The notes under the pieces were generated by a model. That model saw nothing but the letters and a program-made list of their open reading frames with translations. It had not been told where the DNA came from and searched no databases. Positions 36,991 through 46,019 of a DNA stretch of 64,000 bases are shown one piece after another. Numbering within the stretch: the first letter of the stretch is position 1; every line of letters starts with the position of its first letter. Source of the DNA: an uncultured Chlamydiales bacterium (GTDB lineage: Bacteria > Chlamydiota > Chlamydiia > Chlamydiales > Rhabdochlamydiaceae). The stretch spans positions 32,001 to 96,000 of the forward strand of contig OY969554.1 in assembly GCA_963700985.1 (NCBI GenBank), given 5' to 3'. The position numbers were made by a program, and so were the translations under genes.

Positions 36991-37637
36991 TAAAATTTTA
37001 TGCCGATTCCTGCACCGAGCTGTAGAGAGCTTAAGTTTGCACTGTCTCTATACACAACTGGTTCAGATTCGGATTGGTGAAAAAATATCCGTTGATACAT
37101 GTAGTTGAAGAAGCCATCGATAAACCAGCGATTTGCAAAATAGTAAACAGTCCCTGTTTTAACTATTGCTCCAAAGTTGCTTGCAGAGGTGTGCCTATGT
37201 ACGTATGCAGAACGATCTAGCGTATGCAAAAAGCTGTAGCAGGGACCTACACCCACGTAAAGATCAATTGATTTACCTACTTGGTAAAGATACTTGATTC
37301 CAGCACTGAGTGGTATGAAGCTCAAGTGAGTTGAGTTGTGATTATTGCCAATGGAGTGTCCGTTCCCAAACACATAAGATACATCTAGCCATATGTCCCA
37401 AGATTTATGAAAACGCCAGTTTCCTTCCAATGTAAATAAGGGCAATGCTGTTCCATAAACGCGGCGCATGGTTGATCCCAGAGGGAAAAATGCAGCTGCT
37501 TGAGCTTCAATCGAAAACGGGTCTCTTACCGTTGTTGTATTGCAAGAACAAGGAGCACTATCAGAAGAGCTCCAAGCTTGCACAAGAGGTAAAGATAAAG
37601 CAAGCACGCCAAAGAACTTTAGGATGTGATCATTCAT
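36990..37637 (-). CDS. Outer-membrane beta-barrel protein
   Basis: Signal peptide, alternating beta strands, C-terminal GIGIKF. Confidence 0.75.
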   Translation of the reverse strand: MNDHILKFFGVLALSLPLVQAWSSSDSAPCSCNTTTVRDPFSIEAQAAAFFPLGSTMRRVYGTALPLFTLEGNWRFHKSWDIWLDVSYVFGNGHSIGNNHNSTHLSFIPLSAGIKYLYQVGKSIDLYVGVGPCYSFLHTLDRSAYVHRHTSASNFGAIVKTGTVYYFANRWFIDGFFNYMYQRIFFHQSESEPVVYRDSANLSSLQLGAGIGIKF

Positions 37638-37729
37638 GTGCGCAACGATACTATTAACTAAAAATTTAATTCAATAGCGCGAAAAGCACATTCAGAAATT
37701 GTGAATGCAAACAGAGTCAATAATTTGAC

Positions 37730-37756
37730 AAAGGCCGGGAGGTTTTCCCGGCCTTT
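37730..37756 (-). terminator. Terminator after the symporter gene
   Basis: aaaggccggga-ggttt-tcccggccttt hairpin. Confidence 0.65.
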
Positions 37757-37768
37757 AGGCTGCTTTCT

Positions 37769-38989
37769 TCAGGGATTTTGTTCCTGAAGCTCAACGGTTT
37801 CACTGCATTCTTTATTCACAATAGATGTCACACTTAGGTCGGACCAAACATTCAAGGCTGTCTCTTCCATATCGATAAGGGCATAGAAGGGAAGAATTAG
37901 TCCCATAGTTGCTAAAGGAACATTCATGCTAATCAGAAATGCGCTGCTTAAAAAGAAGCAGCCCATGGGCACTCCGGCATTTCCCACGGCAGCAAGCACC
38001 GACATAACTACCCAGAAGGCTAGATCTAGTGGCGAAAATAGGTGTCCATGTATGCCTGCCACAAAGAGAACTGTGGTTAAAATGAATGCTGCGCAACCAT
38101 TCATGTTAATAACTGTGCAAAGAGGAAGTGTGAAATTGGCTACTTCAGGCCGAATGCCTAATTCCTCTTTGGCGACTTTCAAGCTGATTGGAAGCGTGGC
38201 ATTTGAGGATTTGGTAAAAAAGGCCATCAAGAGTGCTTTGCTTCCGCCTTTTGCTATTTTCCAGGGTGAAAGTCCTCTGGCTTTCAAAAGCAGAGGAATC
38301 ACCACAACTCCCTGGATGAGATTTGCCAAGACAATAACTTTTAAATAGGTCCATAGGCCGCTTACTGCTGTACTATGTTCTTGGATTTCTCTCACCAATA
38401 GAGCCATGAATGCCCAAATTGCAACCGGCATTACATACCCTGCAACTGCTGCTATTTTTAGAAATAGTTGAAACAAGGCAGAAAAGCCCTTCTGCAGCGT
38501 GCTGCGCTGCTCATTAGGAAGAAAGTGAGCTGTAATTCCAAACAGGAAAGCCAGAAATGCAATGGAAATCACCTTATTTTCTAGGAACGCCTTGAAAATA
38601 TTAGAGGGGATGATCTCCATCAAAAATTGAAGATAAGAAGGCTGTTCTCCCACCATTAATGTTTCGCTACCTTGTTGAGCAGATGAAACTGGATCCATCA
38701 CTAAAAAAAATCCTAAGGCCACAACAGAGGCCAAAACTGTCGTGATCAATGTATAAGTAATGGCCTTTCTGCCGAGACTTTTTATTTGCTCAAACCCACG
38801 CATATTTAGGAGCGTAGAAAGGATAGCCAACAAAACGATTGGAGCCGCGATCATCGAGAGATAATTTAAAAACAGCGTAGAGACAATTTCTGCAGCTGTT
38901 ATCAATATTTTTTGGTTGAGAAAACCTGTGCCAAGACCGAGCAAAATTGAAACAAATAATATAACGTAATAGCGCGTGTGCTTATTCAT
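37769..38989 (-). CDS. Dicarboxylate/amino acid:cation symporter (DAACS family)
   Basis: IIPSN, AFFTKSSNATLP, PLCTVINMNG, AVGNAGVPMG, TALNVWSD. Confidence 0.92.
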   Translation of the reverse strand: MNKHTRYYVILFVSILLGLGTGFLNQKILITAAEIVSTLFLNYLSMIAAPIVLLAILSTLLNMRGFEQIKSLGRKAITYTLITTVLASVVALGFFLVMDPVSSAQQGSETLMVGEQPSYLQFLMEIIPSNIFKAFLENKVISIAFLAFLFGITAHFLPNEQRSTLQKGFSALFQLFLKIAAVAGYVMPVAIWAFMALLVREIQEHSTAVSGLWTYLKVIVLANLIQGVVVIPLLLKARGLSPWKIAKGGSKALLMAFFTKSSNATLPISLKVAKEELGIRPEVANFTLPLCTVINMNGCAAFILTTVLFVAGIHGHLFSPLDLAFWVVMSVLAAVGNAGVPMGCFFLSSAFLISMNVPLATMGLILPFYALIDMEETALNVWSDLSVTSIVNKECSETVELQEQNP

Positions 38990-39042
38990 AAAACCTGAGG
39001 TTTAAAAAATTTTCTTAAATAGAAGTAGTGAGGGTCAGTAAA

Positions 39043-39111
39043 TTAGATATTGGTGCGTGAGGCCGCACAACAGAAACGACAGGTTCTAGAAGATGGGATC
39101 AAATTCAACAT
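39043..39111 (-). CDS. Putative leaderless Cys-rich leader peptide MLNLIPSSRTCRFCCAASRTNI
   Basis: 22-codon ORF 53 nt upstream of the symporter; TTGCTG-17nt-CATAAT promoter ends 7 nt before the ATG. Confidence 0.5.
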   Translation of the reverse strand: MLNLIPSSRTCRFCCAASRTNI

Positions 39112-39163
39112 GCTAGTGATTATGTCAAAAGCCCCTGATGGCAGCAAGCTAAAAAAGCACTAC

Positions 39164-39559
39164 TTACGGCGTCAGCGAAGGGTCGAGAAACTGCGCTATG
39201 CCGTTGCCAAATGACCAATCTTCTTTTTCAATTTGAACTAGAGTGACGAAGACGTCTTCTTTTCTGACCTTGGGATTTTTGGTTAGGACTTTAACGAGCT
39301 CTTGATAGAGCTTTTTCTTCTTGTCTTGAGGTCTCTTGACCGACGTAATATAAATCGCAATAACGTTATCTGAGCGCCGAACGCCCCAAATTGTTTTGTC
39401 AAAGTGGAAGTGACTTTTCTTATATTCTGAGATCAATTGAAAGCGATCGTTTTTTGGGATTTGCCACGCGCTAACGAGTGCTTGGTGGACTCCATCAGCA
39501 ACGGCCTTGATATATTTTGGCGTCTTGCCTTTGGCTAAATGAATTTGAACAAGTGGCAT
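39164..39559 (-). CDS. Tautomerase family protein
   Basis: N-terminal Pro after Met (MPLVQI); DRFQ; DWSFGNG. Confidence 0.88.
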   Translation of the reverse strand: MPLVQIHLAKGKTPKYIKAVADGVHQALVSAWQIPKNDRFQLISEYKKSHFHFDKTIWGVRRSDNVIAIYITSVKRPQDKKKKLYQELVKVLTKNPKVRKEDVFVTLVQIEKEDWSFGNGIAQFLDPSLTP

Positions 39560-39575
39560 CTGATTCTCCTGTGTG

Positions 39576-40766
39576 TTATCTGAGTGCGGTTTTTTTGTAG
39601 CCGGCTAAAATTATGAGGCAGGCGAGGAACATCGAGGCTGCTCCGATCATAACAGGCATAAAATAACTGAAGTGGAGGAGCACTCCGCCAAAAAAAGGCG
39701 TCACGGCAAAGGCAAAGGCTTGCAAAGCTTGAAAGACACCCATGGTTTCTCCTTGATCACTCTGAGAGGTTAAATTCGAGACAATGGCAGTTCCAACAGG
39801 AAAAACGAGAGCGATTAAAAATTGCTGGGCTCCGATATTAAGCCAGTAAGATTCGAGCTTGGCGTGAATCAAGAAAGATAAAAACACACCTAGAGCACCG
39901 AGGGAGAGAAGCAAAATAGTAAAGGGCTTAAACTTCTTCACGATGGGACGAATTAGAAGGCCGCTGCTGATGACATAAATCAGCGAGCCAAAGGCATAAA
40001 AGTTTCCAATTTGAGAAGCATCTTGATTGTAACTTTTTATCCAAGTCACGGGAATAAATTCCCAATAAAACGACCAACCAAAGCAGAAGATAAAAAAAGA
40101 TAAGAAGATCACGCGAAATTTAGCTGCAATGGTGGTTTCCCAAAGACGACTTAGCCCTAAAGCAATGGTCAAACGTCCTGTTTTTTTCTCTTTAAGCGTT
40201 TCAGAAAAGAAGAAAGTGATGAGCAGAAAACTCACTAGCGTAAATAACGCCGCGACAATGAAAGGCAGTGCATAGCCATAGACCGATAATTTTCCACCGA
40301 CAAATGGACCAATGGCAAAACCAATCCCGTTTGCCATGGCAATCAAGCCAAAATTCTTTGCTTTTTGAGTTCTAGAACTGAAATCAGCCACAGAAGAATT
40401 GATAACCGCATTATTTCCCGCTCCTAAGCCAGTTACAACGCGCCCTAGAATCAAAATAAAGAGAGATTTCGCAAAGATTCCAAAAGCCGCAATGAGTGCG
40501 CCGATAAAAATGAGTAGAGTCGTGCTTTGCATCAAGGATTTGCGCCCCTTGCGATCTGAGAGTTGCCCTAGGGGCGAGGAACTTAAGAATTGGGCGATTG
40601 GGCATGCAGCCAGCAAAACTCCTAGCCAGAATCCCTGTACGGCAGTGGAAGAATCGCTTAAAAAAATGGAGTTCTCATGGAAAATAGAGGTCGCGAAGAT
40701 GGGATAGACAAGCCCATAGTTCATCCAATTGAGGAAAGACGCAAGACAAAGTATAAGCAGTGGCAT
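39576..40766 (-). CDS. MFS transporter (TetA/DHA1-like)
   Basis: GQLSDRKGRK motif A; GFAIGPFVGG; ~12 TM. Confidence 0.9.
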   Translation of the reverse strand: MPLLILCLASFLNWMNYGLVYPIFATSIFHENSIFLSDSSTAVQGFWLGVLLAACPIAQFLSSSPLGQLSDRKGRKSLMQSTTLLIFIGALIAAFGIFAKSLFILILGRVVTGLGAGNNAVINSSVADFSSRTQKAKNFGLIAMANGIGFAIGPFVGGKLSVYGYALPFIVAALFTLVSFLLITFFFSETLKEKKTGRLTIALGLSRLWETTIAAKFRVIFLSFFIFCFGWSFYWEFIPVTWIKSYNQDASQIGNFYAFGSLIYVISSGLLIRPIVKKFKPFTILLLSLGALGVFLSFLIHAKLESYWLNIGAQQFLIALVFPVGTAIVSNLTSQSDQGETMGVFQALQAFAFAVTPFFGGVLLHFSYFMPVMIGAASMFLACLIILAGYKKTALR

Positions 40767-40834
40767 AATATTTGATTAATCATCCTGACAGAAAAAAATC
40801 AATAGGATAAACAGAAATAAAGGAGGAGTTTTTT

Positions 40835-41344
40835 ATGAAAACATTTATTTTTCTGTCACTCTGTTTGGGACTACATGTCATGGGAGATACCGCTGAGGCT
40901 AAGCAAGAATATAAGCCTTCCGATGCAAAGGCATTGGGAAAAGAGCTCATGAGCAATTTGCGCGGAGTATTTTCCATAGATCAAAACAACAAAGAAAGGC
41001 TTGGTGGACGAGAAGTTCCAGCTTTACGCAATGGAAATTGGATCATTAATTCGCATCCGATAGCGCTGGTGGATAGTTTTACAAAAGACACAAATACGAT
41101 CGCAACACTTTTTGTAAAAGATGGCAATGAGTTTATACGGCTTTCTACAACAGAAAAAAATGAAAAGCCAGGAACCATTTTAGATCACTCCCATCCAGCA
41201 TATAAGCATCTGATAGGAGAGCTAAGATACACTAACAAAGTTACTCTCTCTGGAAAAGATTACATGGCGGATTATGACGTTTTCCGCGACCGGCAGGGAA
41301 GAGTGGTCGGCGCTTATCTAGTAGGAATCCCTCTGACACCTTAA
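40835..41344 (+). CDS. Secreted stand-alone Cache (Cache3/Cache2-type) domain protein
   Basis: Signal peptide; ATLFVKDGNEFIRLSTT, GTILD..HPAY, GKDYMADY, GRVVGAY. Confidence 0.75.
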   Translation: MKTFIFLSLCLGLHVMGDTAEAKQEYKPSDAKALGKELMSNLRGVFSIDQNNKERLGGREVPALRNGNWIINSHPIALVDSFTKDTNTIATLFVKDGNEFIRLSTTEKNEKPGTILDHSHPAYKHLIGELRYTNKVTLSGKDYMADYDVFRDRQGRVVGAYLVGIPLTP

Positions 41345-41366
41345 CATACTCTAAGGTTCTGAGGGT

Positions 41367-41573
41367 CTATCTGCGCTTAGCGGAGCGTACCTTGAACGAA
41401 CGTGCAATAACCCAGAGAGCCGATAATCCGATAAGGAGGTAAAGGAAGTGTTGCACTTTGGACAATGCGAAAAATGTCCACATGATAAAGTTAAAGTCCG
41501 CGACGCCAACCCCGCCCCAAGCGATGCCGCCAATCACGAGCAAAATTTTTGCCAATCCATCTAGTATTTTCAT
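41367..41573 (-). CDS. DUF378 family small membrane protein
   Basis: ILLVIGGIAWGGVG..DFN..YLLIGLSAL; start MKILD after a GGAG RBS. Confidence 0.75.
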   Translation of the reverse strand: MKILDGLAKILLVIGGIAWGGVGVADFNFIMWTFFALSKVQHFLYLLIGLSALWVIARSFKVRSAKRR

Positions 41574-41645
41574 AGGTTTTCTCCCTTGGTCTATTCTTCC
41601 ATATAAAATTAAAGAACAATTCTGCAAAACAAAAAAATCATAAGT

Positions 41646-41676
41646 GAGGTGGAGAGACGCTTTCAGAACTTTTGAT
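41646..41676 (+). repeat. ssrA-3'-end att-like relic A
   Basis: gaggtggagaga-cgctttcagaacttttgat; first 12 nt identical to the reverse complement of the tmRNA 3' end. Confidence 0.8.
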
Positions 41677-41756
41677 CATAAAAAATTGGAAGTTTTTATA
41701 GAATTTTTCGAATTGCAGTACTTATCAAACCGAAAAATTAAAAAGCAGGTTCAGCG

Positions 41757-42341
41757 ATGACATGTCTACCAATTTGCCTTGCTGCAGTGATCTATGCACT
41801 TACCGGAGGACCTTCTTCAGGCAAGACTTCTATCATCAAGGAATTAGAAAAGCGCGGGGAACCTGTAATTCACGAAGCAGCTACCGATTGGATTATTAGA
41901 AAAATAGAATCAGGGATTTCTGAGCCTTGGAAAGAGGAACGCTTTACTTTGGACATACTCAACATACAGCTTGAAAAAGAAGAGCCGTGGTTGCTTAGAG
42001 AGGGTAAAGTTTTTGTAGATAGAGGGGTTTTTGATATCTATCCTTTTGCGATGGCCAATGGGCTTGCAGGAACTAAAACCTTAGCTTGTGCGAATAAGAT
42101 CCTAAATCGAATTGATCTCAATCAGCGTTATAAAGCGATATTCTTTATCATGCCTCATTCCGAAAATTTCTCTACTCTTCAAAACGAAATTCGCAGAGAA
42201 AACACTCAAGATGCCGCCAAGTTGGAGGTTGCAACCTATGCAATCTATTGTAGGCATGACAATTTCATCGTGGTTCCGGGTGGAATGTCTCCTGCAGAGC
42301 GCGCAGATTTCATTTTGGAAAAAATATGCGAACTAGAATGA
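41757..42341 (+). CDS. NadR/Ttd14-type (AAA_28) P-loop NTPase
   Basis: ALTGGPSSGKTS; IHEAA; FVDRG. Confidence 0.8.
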   Translation: MTCLPICLAAVIYALTGGPSSGKTSIIKELEKRGEPVIHEAATDWIIRKIESGISEPWKEERFTLDILNIQLEKEEPWLLREGKVFVDRGVFDIYPFAMANGLAGTKTLACANKILNRIDLNQRYKAIFFIMPHSENFSTLQNEIRRENTQDAAKLEVATYAIYCRHDNFIVVPGGMSPAERADFILEKICELE

Positions 42342-42362
42342 AAAGAACCTAGTAATGAGGTT

Positions 42363-42395
42363 TGAAGAAGGAGAGACACTTTCCGAATTTTCGAT
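42363..42395 (+). repeat. ssrA-3'-end att-like relic B (degenerate)
   Basis: tgaagaaggagaga-cactttccgaattttcgat; downstream intergenic DNA also resembles that after relic A. Confidence 0.65.
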
Positions 42396-42454
42396 TATGA
42401 AAGATTAAGAAGGTTTGGCACTATTTCTTATTCATTGAAGGGCCAGGTTCAGAA

Positions 42455-43255
42455 ATGAATTATCAAACCCCACAACCAAATAGACAGCTATTTATGTACG
42501 ATATCCAAGTCAATCATGTTTACTTCGTCGTCGACAGAGAAACTTACGAGGCGATTAAGGGTTCTGATTTCGTTCGATCTCTGGCCTCTACCTATGAGCA
42601 GAAAAACTCTACAGACAATCAGACTGGTTGGGAGGGGTTTTACATACGAGGCAAAAATACTTTTGTTGAGCTTTTCTATCCGCAAGATCGTTATCCATCC
42701 ATTGGGATTTCAGGAATAGGTATGGGGGTCGATTATATAGGGGGGCTGGCAGCAATTTCAGAACGTCTGCAAAAAGATCTTCCAAACCTCAATAGAGGGG
42801 CTTTTAATCGTCAGGGAAAGCCTTGGTTTGAGTATCTAGCTGTAAATGATAGTTACTTTTACGAGAAAAATTCTTTCTGGATCATGGAATATGCACCCCA
42901 ACATTTTTCAGAAAATTCAGAAAATGTTTCTAGGGCGCATTATAACTCAGAGAAATATGATCCTAATAAACCTTTCCTAGACATCACAAAATTTGCCGTG
43001 GCGCTGCAGCCTGAGGGTCGTGATACCCTTTCTACTTATCTCAAAAGTTTTGGGTTACGTGCGCAAGATGACTCATACATGACTTCTGAAAATATAGAGA
43101 TTCAGCTGGTCGATGAGGATGAAAAACGTAAGGGAATTTACCAGATCGATTTCTCTCTCAAAGAAAAGCTTCGAGAAAATTATTCCTGCCGGCTAGGAAA
43201 TTCTCAGTTGACCATCCAAGGAAATAAAGGCTCGTGGATTTTCTTTAAGAAGTAA
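42455..43255 (+). CDS. Glyoxalase/VOC-like protein (DUF5829-like)
   Basis: NHVYFVVD.ETY.AI, WEGFYIRGKNTFVELF, WIMEY; true start may be 42494. Confidence 0.65.
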   Translation: MNYQTPQPNRQLFMYDIQVNHVYFVVDRETYEAIKGSDFVRSLASTYEQKNSTDNQTGWEGFYIRGKNTFVELFYPQDRYPSIGISGIGMGVDYIGGLAAISERLQKDLPNLNRGAFNRQGKPWFEYLAVNDSYFYEKNSFWIMEYAPQHFSENSENVSRAHYNSEKYDPNKPFLDITKFAVALQPEGRDTLSTYLKSFGLRAQDDSYMTSENIEIQLVDEDEKRKGIYQIDFSLKEKLRENYSCRLGNSQLTIQGNKGSWIFFKK

Positions 43256-43416
43256 GAGCGTGTTTACAAACTAGATCTTCTCTATGAGGTAAATTCCTTT
43301 CAATTACTGCGTTAAAATGCGCATAAAAACCTCTTGTTTATATAATAATTTTAGCAATGAGGCGTAAATAGCATCTCTATTATAATGATCTATGTTTAAA
43401 CAAACGGAGAAGACAG

Positions 43417-43539
43417 ATGCGTAGTATAATTTTTTTTATGATTGCTCTGCTTGGTGTAAGTTCAATGCTACAAGCCAGTGATATGACTCCTGAAGAGGCG
43501 CAAGAAAGAGCTCGAATCGTAACGATGGGCGGCGATTAA
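43417..43539 (+). CDS. 40-aa ORF with signal peptide (small secreted peptide or truncated gene)
   Basis: GGAGA RBS; MRSIIFFMIALLGVSSMLQA-SDMTPEEAQERARIVTMGGD*. Confidence 0.5.
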   Translation: MRSIIFFMIALLGVSSMLQASDMTPEEAQERARIVTMGGD

Positions 43540-43553
43540 GTAGTAAAAGACCG

Positions 43554-43622
43554 TTAAAGAGGGCATCGACAAGTCGATGTCTAACAGAGCGCAGACAAGT
43601 CAGCGCACTCCAAAAAAATGGC
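43554..43622 (-). repeat. REP-like arm (right-arm orientation)
   Basis: gggcatcgacaagtcgatgtcta...gcgcagacaagtcagcgcactccaaaa. Confidence 0.85.
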
Positions 43623-43628
43623 GTGGCT

Positions 43629-43946
43629 CTACTTTTTCTTTGGAAGGGGAAGTGCAGAAGCAGTTAGCTGAATCAGCTCTGCAAGCCATTTCTTATCGCT
43701 CCATTTCTCTTCTGGAATAAGAAAATAGGGCTTGGCGCCCGGATAGGGAAAGCCTTCCAATATTTTTCCTATGAACTGTTCTCCCACTTCTGTGGGCTTT
43801 ACGAACAATTGATCGTCGCAAACCAATGCAATGATCTTCTCATCGCAATAAATTCCGTATTCACCGAACATCTTTTTCGCGCGAATTTCCCCAGCTGCTT
43901 TCATTTGTAAAACAAGGAAATCTATCGTCGATTGCTTTGAACTCAT
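43629..43946 (-). CDS. TfoX N-terminal domain protein
   Basis: KKMFGEYGIY.D.KIIALVCDDQLFVKPT; PYPGAKPYF. Confidence 0.88.
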   Translation of the reverse strand: MSSKQSTIDFLVLQMKAAGEIRAKKMFGEYGIYCDEKIIALVCDDQLFVKPTEVGEQFIGKILEGFPYPGAKPYFLIPEEKWSDKKWLAELIQLTASALPLPKKK

Positions 43947-44314
43947 TTTTTCTTCTTTTTCCTACTTTGAATCAGCTGTTCCATTTCAGCTAATTCCGCA
44001 TCGGAAATCTCTTCCTCTTCGATTAAATGAGCAACGAGAGCCTTCATTCCGACTCCAGCGCACATCTGTTTGATTTTTGCTAAAAGAGAAGGAGGTGCCA
44101 CGCCCGTTTCTGGAAGCCAGTATTCATACTGAAGCCCCATACGTTCACGGCGCATTTGCTTTTTTTCTACAAGGCGATTCATCACTGTCATGATGGTGTT
44201 GTAATTATCTTTTCCACCTAGAAAGCGATGCATGTCTTTAACTGTAAGTCGTTGCTCCTTGTTCATGATCTGAAGGATCTGAATTTCGAGCTCTCCGAAC
44301 GCCCTTTTTGTCAT
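43943..44314 (-). CDS. BlaI/MecI/CopY family transcriptional repressor
   Basis: GELEIQILQI, TVKD, YNTIMTVMNRLVEK, ISDAELAEM. Confidence 0.88.
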   Translation of the reverse strand: MTKRAFGELEIQILQIMNKEQRLTVKDMHRFLGGKDNYNTIMTVMNRLVEKKQMRRERMGLQYEYWLPETGVAPPSLLAKIKQMCAGVGMKALVAHLIEEEEISDAELAEMEQLIQSRKKKKK

Positions 44315-44341
44315 AGTATTCCATTGGTTGCAAAGCAACTT

Positions 44342-44355
44342 ACTACATGCGTAGT
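44342..44355. promoter_or_regulatory. Probable BlaI/CopY-type operator
   Basis: ACTACATGCGTAGT palindrome; one mismatch to TACAnnTGTA; about 28 nt upstream of the repressor ATG. Confidence 0.6.
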
Positions 44356-44411
44356 TTTTTGGCAACGTTAAGTGAGGTGAAAAATATCTTTAAAAAACCA
44401 GTTATCGCTAC

Positions 44412-45053
44412 TTGTTTTATAGCGTTTTTCCCTGTAAAATCTTTGTCACAAAGAATAGAACGCGGTACATGATGGAAAGTTCAAATAATGATCTGCTGCT
44501 CGATACCAAATTGCAAATTTCTTTTCCTAAAAGCGATAAAGATCACCGGTTGCAGTTAGTGGAGATTAATGGATCCATTTTTGCGATTGTTCATTCTCCT
44601 TTAGAATCGCTCGGGCCAATTTGTCTCAACTGTGAAGAGTGGAGCCTGGTTCTTTTAGCTCCAATTAAGAGTAAGACAAACATATTAATTTCAGCGATCA
44701 ACGTCATCTGCCTTAACGAAATTGCCTCAGAAGAGGGAAATGTAAACGTACATGCTACTAACCGTCTGGTAAAATTCGCGCATTCGATGAAACCTCTTGA
44801 GAAAGTCTGCGAGATGGGGGAACGTGGTGAGTTCCAGTTCGATGATGATCCTGGCGCTTTTTTATATTACTATCGCTTGTTTGAAGGCATTGTCAGTAGC
44901 ATCCGCGAGGGAAGTTCCGCTTCATTTTCTGATGCACAGCAAAAGCTTATCATGTGCCTTTGCACACTTGCAGATAAAATTGAGAAAAAACCAGAAAATC
45001 TAAACCTTCACCAAGTTCTTGATATTTGGAATGTTCCCGCTTTGAAATCCTGA
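44412..45053 (+). CDS. Hypothetical protein
   Basis: 213 aa ORF; likely start near 44470 (MMESS). Confidence 0.55.
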   Translation: MFYSVFPCKIFVTKNRTRYMMESSNNDLLLDTKLQISFPKSDKDHRLQLVEINGSIFAIVHSPLESLGPICLNCEEWSLVLLAPIKSKTNILISAINVICLNEIASEEGNVNVHATNRLVKFAHSMKPLEKVCEMGERGEFQFDDDPGAFLYYYRLFEGIVSSIREGSSASFSDAQQKLIMCLCTLADKIEKKPENLNLHQVLDIWNVPALKS

Positions 45054-45063
45054 TTAACTTTCA

Positions 45064-45149
45064 GCCATCTTTTTTGGAGTGCGCTGACTTGTCAGCGCTT
45101 TCATAGACATCGACTTGTCGATGCCATAAAAAATTATCTCGAATTCTAA
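45064..45149 (+). repeat. REP-like arm (left-arm orientation)
   Basis: ttttggagtgcgctgacttgtcagcgct..tagacatcgacttgtcgatgc..aaaaattatctcgaattctaa. Confidence 0.85.
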
Positions 45150-45356
45150 ATAAACTTGAGGATTTGATTAGAGCAATGACTCAGCTGCGCGAATCGGTGT
45201 TTCCTTCGCAAAATGATGAGCAATAATCTTAAATCTGCGATTGAGGTAAAGTCTATGAGCATTCGGCTGATAGATTTGCAGGACATATGTACAAATATTG
45301 CTGAAAAAATTGTGAGGATGCAACCATAATCCCAACTTTTACTGGGAGGCTAATAT

Positions 45357-45977
45357 ATGTTTTCCGTTTTTTCCTATCTCGTTGCTTTCTTGTTCATGAT
45401 CTCATCCACATTTGCCGATCAGATCTTTTTGGATCGAGAGGGGAGGGAGATCCGTATTGCTCCAGTAAAATCCATCGATGAGATCGATCTCGCCAGAGGA
45501 AAAGAGATTTTAGTCAGCGCATTTATGAAGGGTTATGAAGATGTCCCTCTTGTCTTACTTGATCCCGAGTTTCAGTCGATTGGAGATGTGAGACGTTTTT
45601 ATGAGCGATATTTTGATAGTGAATTGGAGCATTTCAAGCATGGAGAGTTGATCTGGGTGCAGGCTTTTGAAGGCGAGAAGCTTTTGGGCTGGGCAACTTT
45701 TGAAATAGAGACAAATGACTCCGCCTACATGGATCTTCTTGCCGTCGACCCGGCCGAACAGAGAAGGGGAATCGGGCAACATTTGACCTTTTCTATTCGC
45801 TCGCCTGATCTATTTCCCAACATTCAGACGATCTCTCTTTTCATCCGCAAAGTAAATGCAAACGGCCGAAAATTTTATGAGGGAATGGGCTTTTCCGATT
45901 TTCAATCTGATCGGAAAGATAACTTCGTCGACCTCTCTCTTCTGACGGGGATGAAATGGTTTTATAATACGAAATAG
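45357..45977 (+). CDS. GNAT family N-acetyltransferase with signal peptide
   Basis: LAVDPAEQRRGIG motif A; N..GRKFYEGMGF. Confidence 0.85.
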   Translation: MFSVFSYLVAFLFMISSTFADQIFLDREGREIRIAPVKSIDEIDLARGKEILVSAFMKGYEDVPLVLLDPEFQSIGDVRRFYERYFDSELEHFKHGELIWVQAFEGEKLLGWATFEIETNDSAYMDLLAVDPAEQRRGIGQHLTFSIRSPDLFPNIQTISLFIRKVNANGRKFYEGMGFSDFQSDRKDNFVDLSLLTGMKWFYNTK

Positions 45978-46019
45978 CCTGCCGCTAGTGAGATTACATG
46001 TAGATCATCTAGTTGTGAT

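Noticed and set aside
26063-37756. Terminators at 26063 and 37730 resembling the ssrA terminator stem (GCCAGG/GCCGGG)
   Set aside because: No adjacent tmRNA-end sequence; short GC stems converge easily
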